64,000 nt of DNA from Botryllus schlosseri (taxonomy: Eukaryota). This document shows, one piece after another, positions 27,101-41,016 of the stretch; position 1 is the stretch's first letter, and each line of letters begins with the position of its first letter. The position numbers and the translations under genes were made by a program. The notes under the pieces were generated by a model, which saw only the letters and a list, made by a program, of their open reading frames with translations, searched no databases and had not been told where the DNA came from. The stretch covers positions 27,530,001 to 27,594,000 of the forward strand of contig CM119372.1 in assembly GCA_051294905.1 (NCBI GenBank). Reading direction: 5' to 3'.

Positions 27101-30100
27101 CAAAAAGTGCAAAATAGTTTTACCAGATCTAGGTGTAGGATATCTTTTCGTCGATTTCTTTACCGGAGTGTGTTTTACAAATATTTCTAGTACACCTAAC
27201 TATAGGATACATTTATCAGACGTCGTACAAATTGTTTATGTGACGGCAACGACTTTGAGTGACTTGGTTTCGATCCTTTTTGCAAAAGATTGTCGGACAA
27301 TGGTGTTATACCCTTCTGTAATGATTGAGGTACGTGATCAAGTTTCCAATCAACTATTAATCGGGCGTACGACTTTGGTTTAACGAATCATAATATTTCT
27401 AAAATGCTTGCTGGTATCATAAGACCCAAATCGAAATTCACATCAATCAAGACCTTTGCATGCTCTGAGTTTTGTGATGGCGTTTATTTCGCTTGATAGA
27501 AATGAACTTGTGTCAATAGTAACGCGAAACGCATTTATCATTTTCGGTGTTGGTTGTGTTCCAGATTTCTTTGATGGTATGCACTCTACAAATAATTTAT
27601 GCATACTGAGTAAGGATGTGTTTGGTGAATATCATGCAAACTGTTTTTGTGTTGGTAATGACTTTCAGTAGTTTGGTTTTATGATTACAATTACTTTAGA
27701 AGATTCAAATGATAATGTATGATCACTAACAACAATACAAACACATTTTGTAGATTTCAGTGTAGCACATATTTTGATTCTATTATTGTCGTGAGTTTTG
27801 TCTAGTAGAATAGGCTGCAGTCAGTAATGATATTCCAAATTGCTCTTGTGCTGATCAAGGTCTTAGAGTGTAACCTTGTAATTTTTTACATTCAGCAAGT
27901 ACAACGACGAGTCACGAATCAAGTATTGTTCACCCGCTTCTACTGGTACTCGATACCAAAAGTGATATTTCACACTCTGTAAGGTATGGATGTTTCAATT
28001 CGCTGTCACAAATTCCACCAATAAATCGTATCAATCGTTGGATTCAATAGTAACGATATTGTGATATACTAACTCCACACGTAGTCGTTTCAATTACTCG
28101 TTACGAATTGCGATAATAAAGCATTTTGTATCGGGTGTTCAATGTATGAATAATGGGATTATTACATCTTTAGCACCGGTTATCGCAAACAATGGATGTT
28201 AATAATTGTACTGGTTGTTGAATGTAATTATACCGATATTGTTGTTTCATCTTTAGTCCTAATTATTGTGAACGATTGCATTTTTAAAGTATTTTCGGTT
28301 GTCTGCAATACAACGATTGTTTTGTACCAATCCGGAATAATATCCGAATCAAGAACATTTCGCACATGTAAGTCTGGCTTTACAAATTGATGTTTTAATA
28401 ATCATGATAGTGAAAAGTTTGTTGCTGTCATAATAACCTTTACCAAAACACCAAGTCTAATTACCGTGAATAATTTAATAATCAAGTCATGGTCGAGCAT
28501 TAAAAAATATACGTCATATGGCAAATCACTGTGTCAATCCCTATGTTTGCAGTATGATAACTTTCAATGTAACACCGGCGTTTGATCGTAAGAAATGAAT
28601 TATTAACTACGTTGGTCAGACATTCAAATATCATATACTCAAAACATATGTTAATCTCAAGCTGTGCACACCGAGTAGTAATTACTTCAGGTTACAGAAT
28701 AGTAACGACTTTTACAGTTGAATAAAAAAATACGAGTTGGCGGACTATGAATACAACCGAACTTGTTATGGATTTTGGATTGTGGTGATTACTTGCGTAG
28801 TCTTGTCTACTTTTCATAAGGATACTGTTGAGTTGGTTGGGTAAGTTACAAACGGGTTGACTTGACAAGATTTTTGTATTTTACTCTTTTGTGTATGGCA
28901 AGATGTTAAAATGTTGAGATATCATAGTGATAGTATTTCTGAAACTATCTTTGCCAAGCGAAAAGTTCGATCGCGAATATAGTTGTAATATTTCATTACT
29001 TGTTTCAAATCAATATGCATATAATTTCGAAATGTGACTGGGTGAAAGTTGGCAGTTATGTTTGTTAATCTATTTCAATTCAGATTATGTCAAAGTCCAA
29101 ATATTTCATTCTGGATTATTTGGATTTACCTTTAGTACATCCCGCGAATGGATTCGGATGCGGTACTATAACATTTGGGACTCAAGGATTTTCAATCAAC
29201 AATATCTAGATTTTTTGGTAATGCTAGAGTTGGCCAAATGGTAAGTTGCGTGTTTTTGTTAGGCGTTTGATTTCCCCAGTAATAAATACAACGATTGTAT
29301 GTGCATACTTACGATTCCCGATTCTCATTAAGCTAGATTGTATTGATTCTATAGGTGTGAAACAGCAGCGCGGAATGTGCGAATAATCCGATGCGACTGA
29401 AGTTGGAGTCAGCAATATTCAGGTTACGTTCGAATCAACTGATTGCGGTAAATGGATTTCTCAAAGGCTTAGAGTTGTACCGGATCAACACATTCAAATA
29501 CGAATCAACTTGGTTTGTGTAGTGAGTTTCATTTCAAGTTGACAAATTGACACATTGATTGAATATTCTCATGATTCGCATCACGCAACCAAAGTCAACG
29601 CGAAACATATAGCGATCGCGGAAAGTATCAAATCTTGGATATTCAAGTCACCGTCTGCGCCGGTTCTGTTATTCGGTGCTTATTACTTAATAGGTAATAT
29701 TCTTATTATATCAGACTCGTGAAATCCAGTTCTGTACCAAACTACCAACATATTACATTGTAGCGATTGGGATGTATGTAGCCACAAGTCACGAGAGAGG
29801 GTTATGTCTTATAGGTGTTATCTTGTGAGCGATCGTAGGAGTTTAAAATTATTTCGCACCTTTTTTGAATAAGCGTACACTTCACAAAGGATTAGGGTTA
29901 GAGTAGAAATAAGTGACAATTTGTCGCTATTCAAGTTACCGACACTGGCGATCTGTTATTCGTCACTTATTAAATCTTACGAGCGAAATCAAGTTCTGTG
30001 ACAAACTGCTTACGAAAATTTCACCGCGTGAGCGATCGATGTGTCTGTAACACGAAGCCGCGAAAGATGGTTATGTCTTAGGTATTATCTTGTCAGCGAT

Positions 30101-33100
30101 CGCGGGATTTTACCAATATTTCACACCTATTTGGAGTGTTAGCAAGTGAACGCGGCTATTGTTGGTATTGGAACACCGTCTACGCCGGTTCTGTGACAAA
30201 ATATTACTTGTGCGTGATTCCTGCCTCTGTAACACCAAACCACGAGAGATGTCTGTCTGATGTGTTATCTTGTGAGCACTCATAGGATATTACAAATATT
30301 TCACACCTATTTGAAGTGTTAATTTGTGTCCGTTGGTATTGTTGATATTCGGATCACCGTCTACGCCGGTTCTGTGACAAACCAATTACCAAAACATTAC
30401 CATGCGGCTGACTATTTCACACCTTTTACTGAAATTACGACATGTCAACGCAGCCTATACCTGAGAGTACGACATGCCAACAACGAAGCCGCGTGCGACC
30501 GATCCCTATACTGAAAAGGGTTACCGTGCGACCACAAGACACAAATAGCCGCATGCCACCCCCGCCATAAGACAAAAGAGTCGCTTGCCACCCCGGGTTT
30601 CCCAGCCGCTTGCGACCCCCGCCATAAGAAATAAGAGCCGCATGCCACCGCACCCATAAGACGCAATAGCCGCATGCGACCGAGAGGGGGGGGTCTAAAA
30701 AGCCGCATGCCACCACGAGTTTCGCCAGCCGCATGCGACCGCGCCCATAAGAGCCCATGTTAGTTCGCGACCGATCTATACTACTACTGACAGTGCCTTG
30801 GATACGAATCGATTCGAGTATCTCATACCTTAATAATTTCAAGGAACTTATCCATAAATGTACCTTTTTAGTGTAACTTTAGTGAAAAATAAATGCAACT
30901 TTCCACGGATTTGACTGCAACCAAGATTTGCCCTAAGATCAGGTGTTGCATAAGACAATTTTGACCATTACATTCTTCAAATGGGCTACCATTTCAATAT
31001 GAATATGACCCTGTAAACAGCATATTAAGTAAGGCGCACTCGTCAGTTGACAACGTACACTTCTACGATGAGTTTGGTCACTCATTTAAAAGTTCCGTTG
31101 TAATTTGTTGCATCAGTAGCTCCTAATTACCGTACTCTAGTCAAGTAGCTGCTACAATGCCGCGATTACATGCTAAATGTAAGTCAGAATCTCAGAAAAG
31201 GAAGTGGTTGAAAGAAATGACAATGCAAATTTTGAACTGCTACACAAATATTTTAACAATTAATGTCAGCTCAGGAATGTTCTGCACAAATTGAGGATGA
31301 TGCTGTTTTCCCGAACAACTATAATGCCTTATGTCTTGAATGATGTAACAGTGCTTTCAAATACGTATATGGTATTTGATTGTAGTGGTTTTTTGTCTAT
31401 GCTATTTGTGGCTTTTTAGGTTTAATCCAACCAGGCAAGTTATTACAGACAAAAAGATTTTCTCCATATCTTACAAATTTCTCATTAGTGAGTGGTATTT
31501 CGTGTGTGTAACAGTTTATTTACAAATTGCGCTGCTACTATAGTACCGTATGTCCGTATACTTCAAAGTTTGTTGTTGTTGCCATTGTTACAATGCGAAT
31601 GTCATGGTTTGTGATTTTGATTGTTGCATCATACTTTGCCTTTTTGGTTTTGCTTTTAAATCTGTTTAAATCCCTTTGGTGTGCCGTTAACTCTTGAAAA
31701 GTGGCACCCGAAAATTCTTCTAGTGCAGGAAATATTATATTACAATGGATGTTGTATTGAAAGCTATATTCTTACGGATCGTGCAACTAGCTCTTCACAG
31801 GTTATACCAGTGCTGATGTGTTCCTGTGGTATTACTGGTGTTGTACCATGTTGCCGCACATTTTGCTCTATGCCTAATCATGCAACAAAATCTTCTTGGT
31901 AGAAAAAAGATAGGCCCAATCCAGCACCTGGCTGAAACCTTGACGCGGTGTGCTGGCTTATTACTAAAGTCAGCCGACAGCTTTCTGGATTTATTTTTAT
32001 ATGGTCTATTTGGCGTGCAGTTGCCTTGGTATACTATCGTGTCATGCTACATCCCATAATTCTTCTAAATTGGTGGGTCTCGACACGCACTATAGTTCAC
32101 TTGAGTCACTTGTAAAAAATTGACAAGTAGTACTTTGGCATGTCATTATAATTATTTAATATGGTTACAGTTTTATCATGATGTACAGACAATGTAGTAC
32201 CGGAACAGTGCATACGAGGCGTACAACAATAAAAGTATCGTTCAGCGTTAGTAAGGGGGGTCTGGGGGGCGTAGCCCCCCAGAAGTTGCGACAATGTAGA
32301 TAAGTGGGCCCCCCCCAGAAGTTTCGCCTAGGGCCCCCTAATCGTAAGGCCACCACTGTGTGATATAATATGTGTATGGTGATATACGAATATATATATT
32401 TGTGTGATACAGCGTAATTCATTCATTTACTCATTCAAATCGGAGATATCCAATTCGACATTTTTACTGTGGTGCGAGTGGCTCAATAAAGTTACAAGTG
32501 CGGGATACAGAATCAAAAGTACGTTTGTCCGTGTGATCTTGACTAGATATGTACGAAACCGGTGCTTTGTGTGGTACGTCAGTCAAAGTTGTTCACTTCC
32601 GTTGGACGCTGGTCCGCCGAAAGGTAAATATATGCAGTGAATCCTACAAGTAACCGTCTGGAGTCAGATTACACAAGTTTAACATCGTAAAGGCATGCAG
32701 CCTGCACTATATTGTTGACCCCGACTTTCGATCTCAACCGATCGAGCAATGAACAGGCAGAGGGGCGATGAAGACAAGATCCGCCTAAAACATTCGGCGA
32801 GAAAGACCATCCAGCCGCACAAGGAACATTTACATTCTACATACTTGTTTCGACGAGGGCTAGGCTACCCCTCGAATTGGGAAATCAGTCACACACCCAT
32901 AACTTTATTAATAATGAAGCAATGTTTCTGAAATTCGGACACAAGGTGCTTTGTTAGACATCCTAACTTTGGTGAAAATTGGTTGAAAAATGGTCAATGA
33001 TTTTAAACTTTCATCAGATTTTATGATTTTTCAAACTAATTATTTGTGAAATTTTTTGAGGGTGCTCATTATAGATTCTGGTTACCCCAAATTTTTGGAT

Positions 33101-34568
33101 CAAACTCTTTTTTTCAACAAGGGTTATTCACTAAAAACAAAATTGAAAAATGGAAAGAAAAAAAATTGCAAAATTATGAATTAGATGAACCTAAAGCAGA
33201 CTTGGTCAAAGTGCGGCCCGCGAAGCTATTTTGTGCGGCCCGCGAAAGGTTGCTTGGAATTCAAAACATAAAACTTGCTTGTTGACTGACTAAATCCATA
33301 GGCTGTATCAAATGAACAGGAAATTCGTTTACTTTGAAGCCCGATGATTCATATGCCACGATTAGGCTGCCTACGTACCTGGCATGCGTAATCCAGATTC
33401 AAAATAAAGGCAGTGTGACAAAGTATGAGTAGCAATTGAAGACACAAGAAATTATTCTTTCCGTATAGTTTAGTTAAAACCTTCCTTGTTTACATTATCA
33501 TATTACGCATTATACGACATGTGTTTCAATTTGTGGCGTGATATGTTTCCAAATCCATAATTCGTAAAACAAGTCAATCAGTGCTCGCGATTACTATATG
33601 ACTCATCATATGTATCACCTATAAAGGATTAAGGGGAATGCCAAAAAAAGACAGCCGAAAACTGAAATTCCTAGAAGGTTTAGATTTAGAATTTAGAGCA
33701 CTAAATATTCTTACACTGAAGTCAGTGGTCAACCCATCCTTTCAGTGCTTGCCGATCATGTCGCCTAGATTAAGGATTTTAATTTAAGTCGGTCTTATGA
33801 CAAAAGCACGAAGCACTCGGTCATCAAGGGAAGGCGAAGTTAAGAATAACTGCACTGAAAAAAAAATTTACCTCGATTTACCGCGAAATGTCTGGAAGCA
33901 GGGTGGCCAGCCACTTGGCAGTAATATAACATTACCGTCACTCAATGTAAATCCAACTTACAACCGTCCGGTAATCTAACTTTACATGCCAGCCTGTAAT
34001 GTTACAGTCACCTCTGGTATATTCAATCTACATTTTCTTCTGTGTACATTTACCACCGAGACTGTAATTTTACCGCCTTACCTACCTACCTACCTACCAC
34101 CCTACCTACTGTCCTTGTAAATCAGATTACATGCCAGCTTGTAAATTCACGTCTCAGCCTACATCCATACCTATCCCGAAGCAACGCGATGCCAAAATAC
34201 CGCAAGTTTCCTCACGCTCTCAAGACGACATTAGGACAACTGTATATTCATTCATGATTCACGATGAAAAAGTATTGCTGCTGGAGGTTGTTTAGGAGGC
34301 ATGCAAATATAGCACGAGTGGTCCCAAGAAAAGGTTGTTGTTGTTGTTGTTTATTAAACAAAAAACTGGCGCTTATCGCCTGACGGCCTTTTGCACCACA
34401 GTCATTGAGCATAGTACACAGATAAGGGAGTTAACACGAAATAATGATCAATAGCACAATGATGTAGAATCAATCAAGTGAGATAAGGTGATTCCAAAAA
34501 TTGATTCACTCACGAACATTACAGAAATAAATTACGAACATTACAGAAATAAATTACAGACTATACGT

Positions 34569-37500
34569 TTATAAATAGCGGTTGCACGATAACACAAATT
34601 CAACGACATACGGGACTATACGAGAATCAGTGAGCAAATCATCAATACAGAAATTCACTTTTAATTGAACACATTTATCCATAAGAAATGAACGATGAAA
34701 GTCATATTTAGGGCAACTAATTAAGAAATGATCCACAGTTTCGGGGTAGCGGCAGTAACAACACGCAGGAGAGTCTACCATTCCAAGTTTGAACAAATGG
34801 CCATTTAATCGACAATGACCTGATTGCAATCGAAGGATTATACTATCATAAAGGCGATTACCATAACCAGGGGAAGGATGTAGAACAGAACTGTTGAAGG
34901 ACTTGTAACGTAGGCCGTTTTCGGAGCTCTGGTATTCTTGATCCCACAATGCCATGCTGTGGCGACGGATTATGTGCCGGGCTTCTTGTTCGGAGAGCGT
35001 CGGCATATCTTCGGACATTGACGGAGTGGTGGAGACATTCTTTGCCAATCTGTCAGCTTCTTCATTGCCGTGAATGCCCACATGGCCGGGAATCCAAAGG
35101 AATGATACGTTGACGTCGAGTTCCCTCAATCGAGACAGGGAGAATAAAATATCACAAACCAGCTTATGGCGAGGATACATGTTGAAGTTACGAATGCAAG
35201 CCAGGGCACTCGAACAATCTGACATGATCAGATATTCGGTTGACGAGTTGCGATTTCGTGTAATCCAACTCAGCGCTAGGTCGATCGTTATCATTTCAGT
35301 CGAGAAGACAGAGTGCTCGGCTGAACAAGCCTGGGCAACTGAAACGTCAAGTGAAGGGATGCAAAACGCCGCTCCCCCTCCAACAAGCGATTTAGATCCG
35401 TCCGTGTATATTAGCGTGTGTGCATCGTAGTTATCGGCAACGTGACTTAAACAAGTCTGGTTATAGGCCTCAATAACGCCACGTAAAGCATTCTCCGAGA
35501 GGAGAGATAAATCAACACGTGGTTGAGGTAACAACCAAGGAGGAGACGAGGGAAGCCGGTACCTGTCCAATATGAAGCCATTGAATAGCGGTGATTTAGT
35601 ATAGGAGTTGAATGTCTGAAAGCTTGGATTTGTAAGACAGTAAATGTCATGCCAGGAATCTTCAATAATTTGGCTGATGAACGAGTTTCTCGGGTCCTGG
35701 TTCATCAGGTGGCACCGGTAATTCATTGAAATAAACTTGTGCCGCAGATGCAAAGGCATTTCCCGACATTCGGCTTGAATCACGCAAATCGGGGTGCTGC
35801 GCATGGCATTTGTACAGATCCGTAAAGCTTTACTCTGGATAACCTGGATCTCCTTCAGATGCGTGACCGGTGCAAAAAAGTACGCCGGCATTCCGTACTC
35901 CACGATGGAGCGAACGAGGGAACGGTAGACACACAGGAGACACTTCTTACTGGCTCCCCAACTTGTCCCAGTTAAGAGCTCTCAACAAATTCAATCTTTT
36001 ACTACATTTAGAGGAAATGTATTCGATATGTGCTTTGTAGGATAGCGTCTTATCAAAAACGACGCCGAGATATTTGAATGTTTCCACGAACGGTATATTC
36101 GAACCATCCAGTTGGAGAGCAAGAAGAGGTATTTTTCTTTTTCGTGTAAATAACATTGCGACGGTTTTGGATTTGGACAAGAGCATACCCCACTTGTCAC
36201 ACCATTCTTGTATGGAGTCCATAGAGCGCTGCATGGACAGAAGTAGGTCTGGGATGGAGAGACCGCAATCCCAAAGTAAGAGGTCGTCGGCGAATAGGGC
36301 ATGGGAGGTGTTTACCAACAGGGGAAGATCGGCCATCATGATTGCAAAGAGCAGAGGGCTGATGACACTGCCCTGTGGCAGGCCATTTTTTTTTAAAAAT
36401 GAACGTTGGAGAGAGAACCACCAACTCGAACTTGAAAAGATCGGTGTGACAGAAAATTATTTATCCAATTCAACGTTTGGCTCTGTTAGTTTGAACAAAA
36501 GACCGTTGCGCCATACCATATCATACGCGGATTGGATGTCCAAAAAGACTGCAATCACGGAATACCGATTGTTGACCGCTTTGTACACGGTATCATGAAG
36601 TTGCATGATGTTATCCATGGTGCTACGCCCATGACGAAATCCGGACTGAGCGGCGTTGAGAAGGGAGTTAGATTCCAAGTGCCATCTCAAGCGCCTCGTT
36701 ACCATCACCTCCATTACTTTACATAGGTGACTAGTCGGCGAAATGGGACGATAGGATTTAGCCGCAGCTGGGTCTTTCTCGCCTTTCAATATGGGGACAA
36801 CAACAGAGTGTTTCCAGGTGTCGGGAAGAAGGCCATTACTCCAAGAAGAGTTGATCAAACGGAGGATATATGTTAGAGACTTGTCAGACAAGTGCTTTAA
36901 CATTGGGTATAAGCAGGCCGTGTTATTTTTGGCATATGCCAAAACTGCCAAAAATAGCTTATTTTTGGCATTTTTCAATTTTTATTTTTGGCAGTTTTGG
37001 CATCGACCTCTAAATAGATATTTTCAGACTCGAATTAGTCATAAAAACGCTTTATTTTGGTCAGTTTATCAATAGAGACCAAAAAATGTGCAGAATCCAC
37101 TTATAATCAGTACCAACAAACAATAAGAAGAGAAAAAACCTAATGATTACATAGGTTAATAATATCAAACAAAACCACAAAATGTGCAGTATCCATTCGG
37201 CATCGGTGCCAATAAGCAAAAAGAATGAGAAGCCCAACAAACACGCTCAACACCTGATTGTTACAGCTCTTGAATAGACTTAAATTGTTTGCACTGTAAC
37301 AGTGCTTCCAAACTCAGGTCAGCAAAGTTTCTCCTGAATTAATTTTTCGCCCAACGAATCTGGGAAACATCGCTTCAACAGTAGCCGTTGAGGGAAAGAA
37401 TGTTGCCAGTCCTCCACAAAAGGTTTTCAGAGCTTCAAAATTTCGGAGGGCAGAACCGCCTTCCAAGCATCATGAAAAGAGATCACTGCGCTAGTGCCAT

Positions 37501-39656
37501 CGATCTCACCGCGGAGAGAATTTTTTTCCCGATACTTTTCCAGGAGTTACCTGTGTTGTCACTCAACACATTCTATTTTGTAGCGTGACCATCCCATCTC
37601 CATCAGTAGTCTACCGATATATTTTAGGAGGATTTTTGTCACGTCAGATGGCTTTAATATTATCAACTCACATGGAAGAGTCCTGGGAAGGTTAGCTTGT
37701 TTAGGAACAATAACGCAACAAGACTGTCTGGCAAAACGAGACTGCAGCTCAGAAATAGCCAGACTGTTTGTTGAGTCACAATGTTCAACTCGATCACAAT
37801 GCAAAAGTCGTGGTTGAATTTGGGGGTTCCAGATCCATGAGCAGAATACAATTTATATTTTAGTAATCAGTACAGCGGCAGCTTTCCATTGATACACGTT
37901 TTATCAAATTTAGCCCTCGGCAAGCCGGTCAAAAATTGCCTTTGGACAAATGGAAAGTATAACGTAAACCAAATGCAGTCAGCCGTTCAATCACGCCGTG
38001 CCCACACCATTTAGGACACCATGCTTTCTGTTCTAATGGGTGGGCAGGACCCATAGAGTAAGAATCCTGCCCTTCACACACGCTCTTCTCGCGTGTAATG
38101 CGGTCCTGTTAACACAACACCATGAAAGAAATACACTATTGGCAGGCCGTGTTATTTTTGGCATATGCCAAAAATTAAGTTATTTTTGGCATTTTCAAAT
38201 TTTTATTTTTGGCAGTTTTGGCATCTGGCTCCTAAAATGCCAAAAATAGCACGGCCTGGGTATAAGCGATATCGTCCAAGCCCGGGCTGGTGTTTCCTCG
38301 CGACGAAATTGCTGATTTCAGTTCGGCCATGGAAAAAGGATCGTTAATGATATCATTGTTAGGCGCTGAGAGACTGGTGATTCGGGAGGATATTTGATTC
38401 TCAACCGCTTCCTTCCTTGTTCGGAATGCTGACGTGTAATTGCTATCACTGCTAACCGACGAAAAGTGCAAGGCTAGAGCGTCAGCCTTCGACGTGTCGT
38501 CACTACCGGTAACGACGCCACCAATAGTGATCGGAGGTATGATATTGTAGGAACGAACACCAGAAAAGGAGCGAACTACCTTTCAAACTTTGGAGTAATT
38601 ACTGGAATCATTCAGAGAAGAACAGAAGTTTTCCCAACTTGCCCTTTTAGAAGAAAGAATCATTTTCCGGCATTCCGACCGCAAGCGTTTATATCGGGTT
38701 ACATCATTCATGCAGAAGGTCCGTTTCATTTTGAGGAAAGCAGCTCTCTTGCGTCTTACGGCTCTATCGCAAGACGCATTCCACCATGGCACAGAAGGTT
38801 TTCGGTTCGAGAAATGAGATTTTGGAATTGACGAATGCGCCGCGTCCAGTGCGCATTCTGAGAAAGTCTTGTTCAAAAAGTTTACATCTTCATAGCCCGA
38901 AGATTCTAAGCTCCTATCGATTTTTCTTTCAAAGGCCGCCCAATCTGCTCTGCGAAAATTCCACGAGTTTTTCCTGTTTGTTTCATTTGAAAACGTTTCT
39001 TTGAAAGTAGTTATCACAATAAAATGGTCGCTTCCCAGTAAACGATCCGTGACGTCGGTTCGGCACTTCGAGGATACGTCGGCTGACGCGATGGATAAAT
39101 CTAGTAGCGAGTATCGGTTTATGGCGTTAGAGGCAATATTAAGATGGGTTGGCGAGCTGCTATTCAACACCACCAATCCATTTTGGTCGAAAGCGTCAAA
39201 TAGGAGGCGGCCCCGTCGGTTATTTCGTTGCCCCCAGGAAAGATGGTGGGCATTAAAATCCCCGAAGATTATTGCACGACGTGACAGCGATTCAAGGAAA
39301 ACAAAAGCGCTATCTTCTGAAATTGCGGTAGGGCTCATATAGACGTTGCAGATGCGTAGGTGACAGATGGATATACATAACACTTCAATGCAAGATGGGG
39401 TGTCAAGTTGGATCTCAGTCGCGGGGAGAGATTCCCGCAAGAAAATGGCCAGACCACCGGAATGAAGCGAGTTGTCTTTACGAAAGACCCGAAAACCCGT
39501 CAGCTTGGGGGAATACTTATCGATGAGATGAGTCTCTTGAAGCAATATCACATCAGGGGTATTTGGTAGGTTATTGATATATTGTTTAAGCTCGGGTAGT
39601 TTACGATAAATACCTCTACAATTCCATTGGATGAAACGAAGAGCTTGATTAGACAT
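34569..39656 (-). pseudogene. LINE ORF2: APE endonuclease, reverse transcriptase, RNase H, CCHC; broken by a stop, frameshifts and a DNA-transposon insertion
   Basis: QWNCRG, LLQET, GDFNAHH, GSDHF (APE); SPGLDDIAY, SYRPIS, QSGFR, FLDIQSAYD, GLPQGS, FADD (RT); YTDGSK, WIPGHVGIHGNEEADRLAK (RNase H); CCYC..ETVDHFLISC. Confidence 0.95.
36914..38258 (-). mobile_element. hAT-derived element inserted in LINE ORF2, with a decayed transposase C-terminus
   Basis: TIRs CAGGCCGTGTTATTTTTGGCA / TGCCAAAAATAGCACGGCCTG; 8-bp TSD ggtataag (36906-36913, 38259-38266); minus-strand remnant FCGGLATFFPSTATVE/SDVSQIRW..FRRNFADLSLEALLQ at ~37261-37480. Confidence 0.88.
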
Positions 39657-41016
39657 TTACTTTAGGAGCAGGAGCCGAAAAACCATGCTTAAGGCATGCT
39701 CTGGAAACGATTTCAAGCGCATTGCATTGACCTGATTTGACAGCCTCCATCGTATATTCAACGATTCCAACAAGTAGGGAAAGTAACTGCGAAAGATCTG
39801 GGTGGGATGTTTGACACTAAGACATAGGGGTATTCTCTTCCAATTCGGTAGGCCTATGGCTAGCAGCATCGCTAACAGTATTTTCTTTCGATTTGGTCTG
39901 ACTGAAATGTCGCAAATCCCCGTCATTGGGAGCAGGAGCGGAAATGGTATGTTTGCTAAGGATCGAACTGATTTTGGTGCGACGAGGTCGTGGTTGTCGA
40001 AAATATGTAGAGTCGTTAGCAAGGACTTCACTAAAAGTCCTGTCCATATAAGAAGTAGGCAAAGAGGTAGCAACGGTGGCAGAGTTCAACACGACCTTCG
40101 CTTCGGAATAACTGATTTTTGTACGTTCTTTGATAATTTGCAGTTTAGCTTCGGTTTTATATACGCTACAACCGCCATATGCGGCACTGTGAGGTTTTTT
40201 GCAGTTGATGCAAAATTTTTCCTTCGTGCACGAGGCATGTTCGTGGTCAGAACTACCACATTTACTACAAGTTGCTTTTCCTCTACACGATTCTTTGGAG
40301 TGGCCGTACCTATTGCAGCGATAGCATCTCAAAGGGGGAGGATTATAAGGCCTAGTCCAGAACCGAAGGTAAGAGAAATTGACACTCTCAGGTACCTTGT
40401 CACAGCGGAAGTAGAGGAGAACGGCGGAACAGGAGTCGTAACCTTTGTCGACTTTCCTCTTAAGGCGTTTTACGGCTGATACTCCAACACCGCTAAGGTT
40501 GTCGAGTAGTTCTGACTCCTTGATATCTAGGGGGACGCCAGAAATGACAGCTCTGCTAGCAAATGATTTTTCGGGGTACAGAGAGGTTTTTACGTTAATT
40601 TTAGAGCCGGAAACTTTGTCTGTCAAACAGTCAGACTGGAGGAGAGCTTGAACCTGTTTCGGACTAGTGCATGTGATTAGAAGGTCTCCTGACCGAAGAG
40701 GACGAGGTCCCTCATATTCGCCGATCAATGAATAGAGTGCCCTATGCACTACTGTAGGATGGAGGCGCTTCAACGAAAGGCCTTCACCTGATACCACGAC
40801 TCTCATTTGGCTACTATGTTGTTGACCTGCTCCATCCTGAGGTCGCTCGCTCAATTCCGGTTCCTGGGTGCTAGGAGGTTGCTTCGTAGGCTGACTAGCA
40901 TAATCCTTAGCGGAGACTTTCGCTAAAGAAGCACGAGCATCGCTATCACTATCACTATTGACCACGTCCGTAGAAACACACGACAGTTTGCGTTTGCCAG
41001 AGGAAGAGACTTCCAT
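39657..41016 (-). pseudogene. LINE ORF1 gag-like nucleic-acid-binding protein (frameshift near C-terminus)
   Basis: First ATG at 41016; LRSGDLLI; knuckles CYRCNRYGHSKESC, CSKCGSSDHEHASC, CINCKKPHSAAYGGC; downstream TAA abuts the ORF2 ATG (TAAATG at 39659-39654). Confidence 0.9.

Larger units (their letters stand above)
12839..30788. mobile_element. Giant palindromic non-autonomous element with Polinton/Maverick-type termini ('C')
   Basis: Starts AGTAGTAGTATAGATCGGTCGC and ends GCGACCGATCTATACTACTACT; 6-bp TSD gacagt (12833-12838, 30789-30794); empty site GCGACAGTGCCTTGG visible in the paralog near 21595-21610; arms 12839-23280 (minus the B' insertion) and 24169-30788 are near-identical inverted repeats of ~6.62 kb. 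Confidence 0.85.
10862..32358 (+). mobile_element. Non-autonomous hAT-type element 'B' (~3.5 kb native) containing an ~18-kb nested insertion
   Basis: Ends CAGTGGTGGC.../...GCCACCACTG; perfect 8-bp TSD tgtgatat (10854-10861, 32359-32366); 10862-12838 plus 30795-32358 are collinear with the intact family copy 19421-23232. Confidence 0.92.

Noticed and set aside
12839..30788. Palindrome as an assembly or chimeric-read artefact
   Set aside because: The arms differ by scattered SNPs and a homopolymer indel, only one arm has the B' insertion with its own TSD, and the whole is bounded by a clean TSD matching an empty paralogous site. Long-read confirmation is still advisable.
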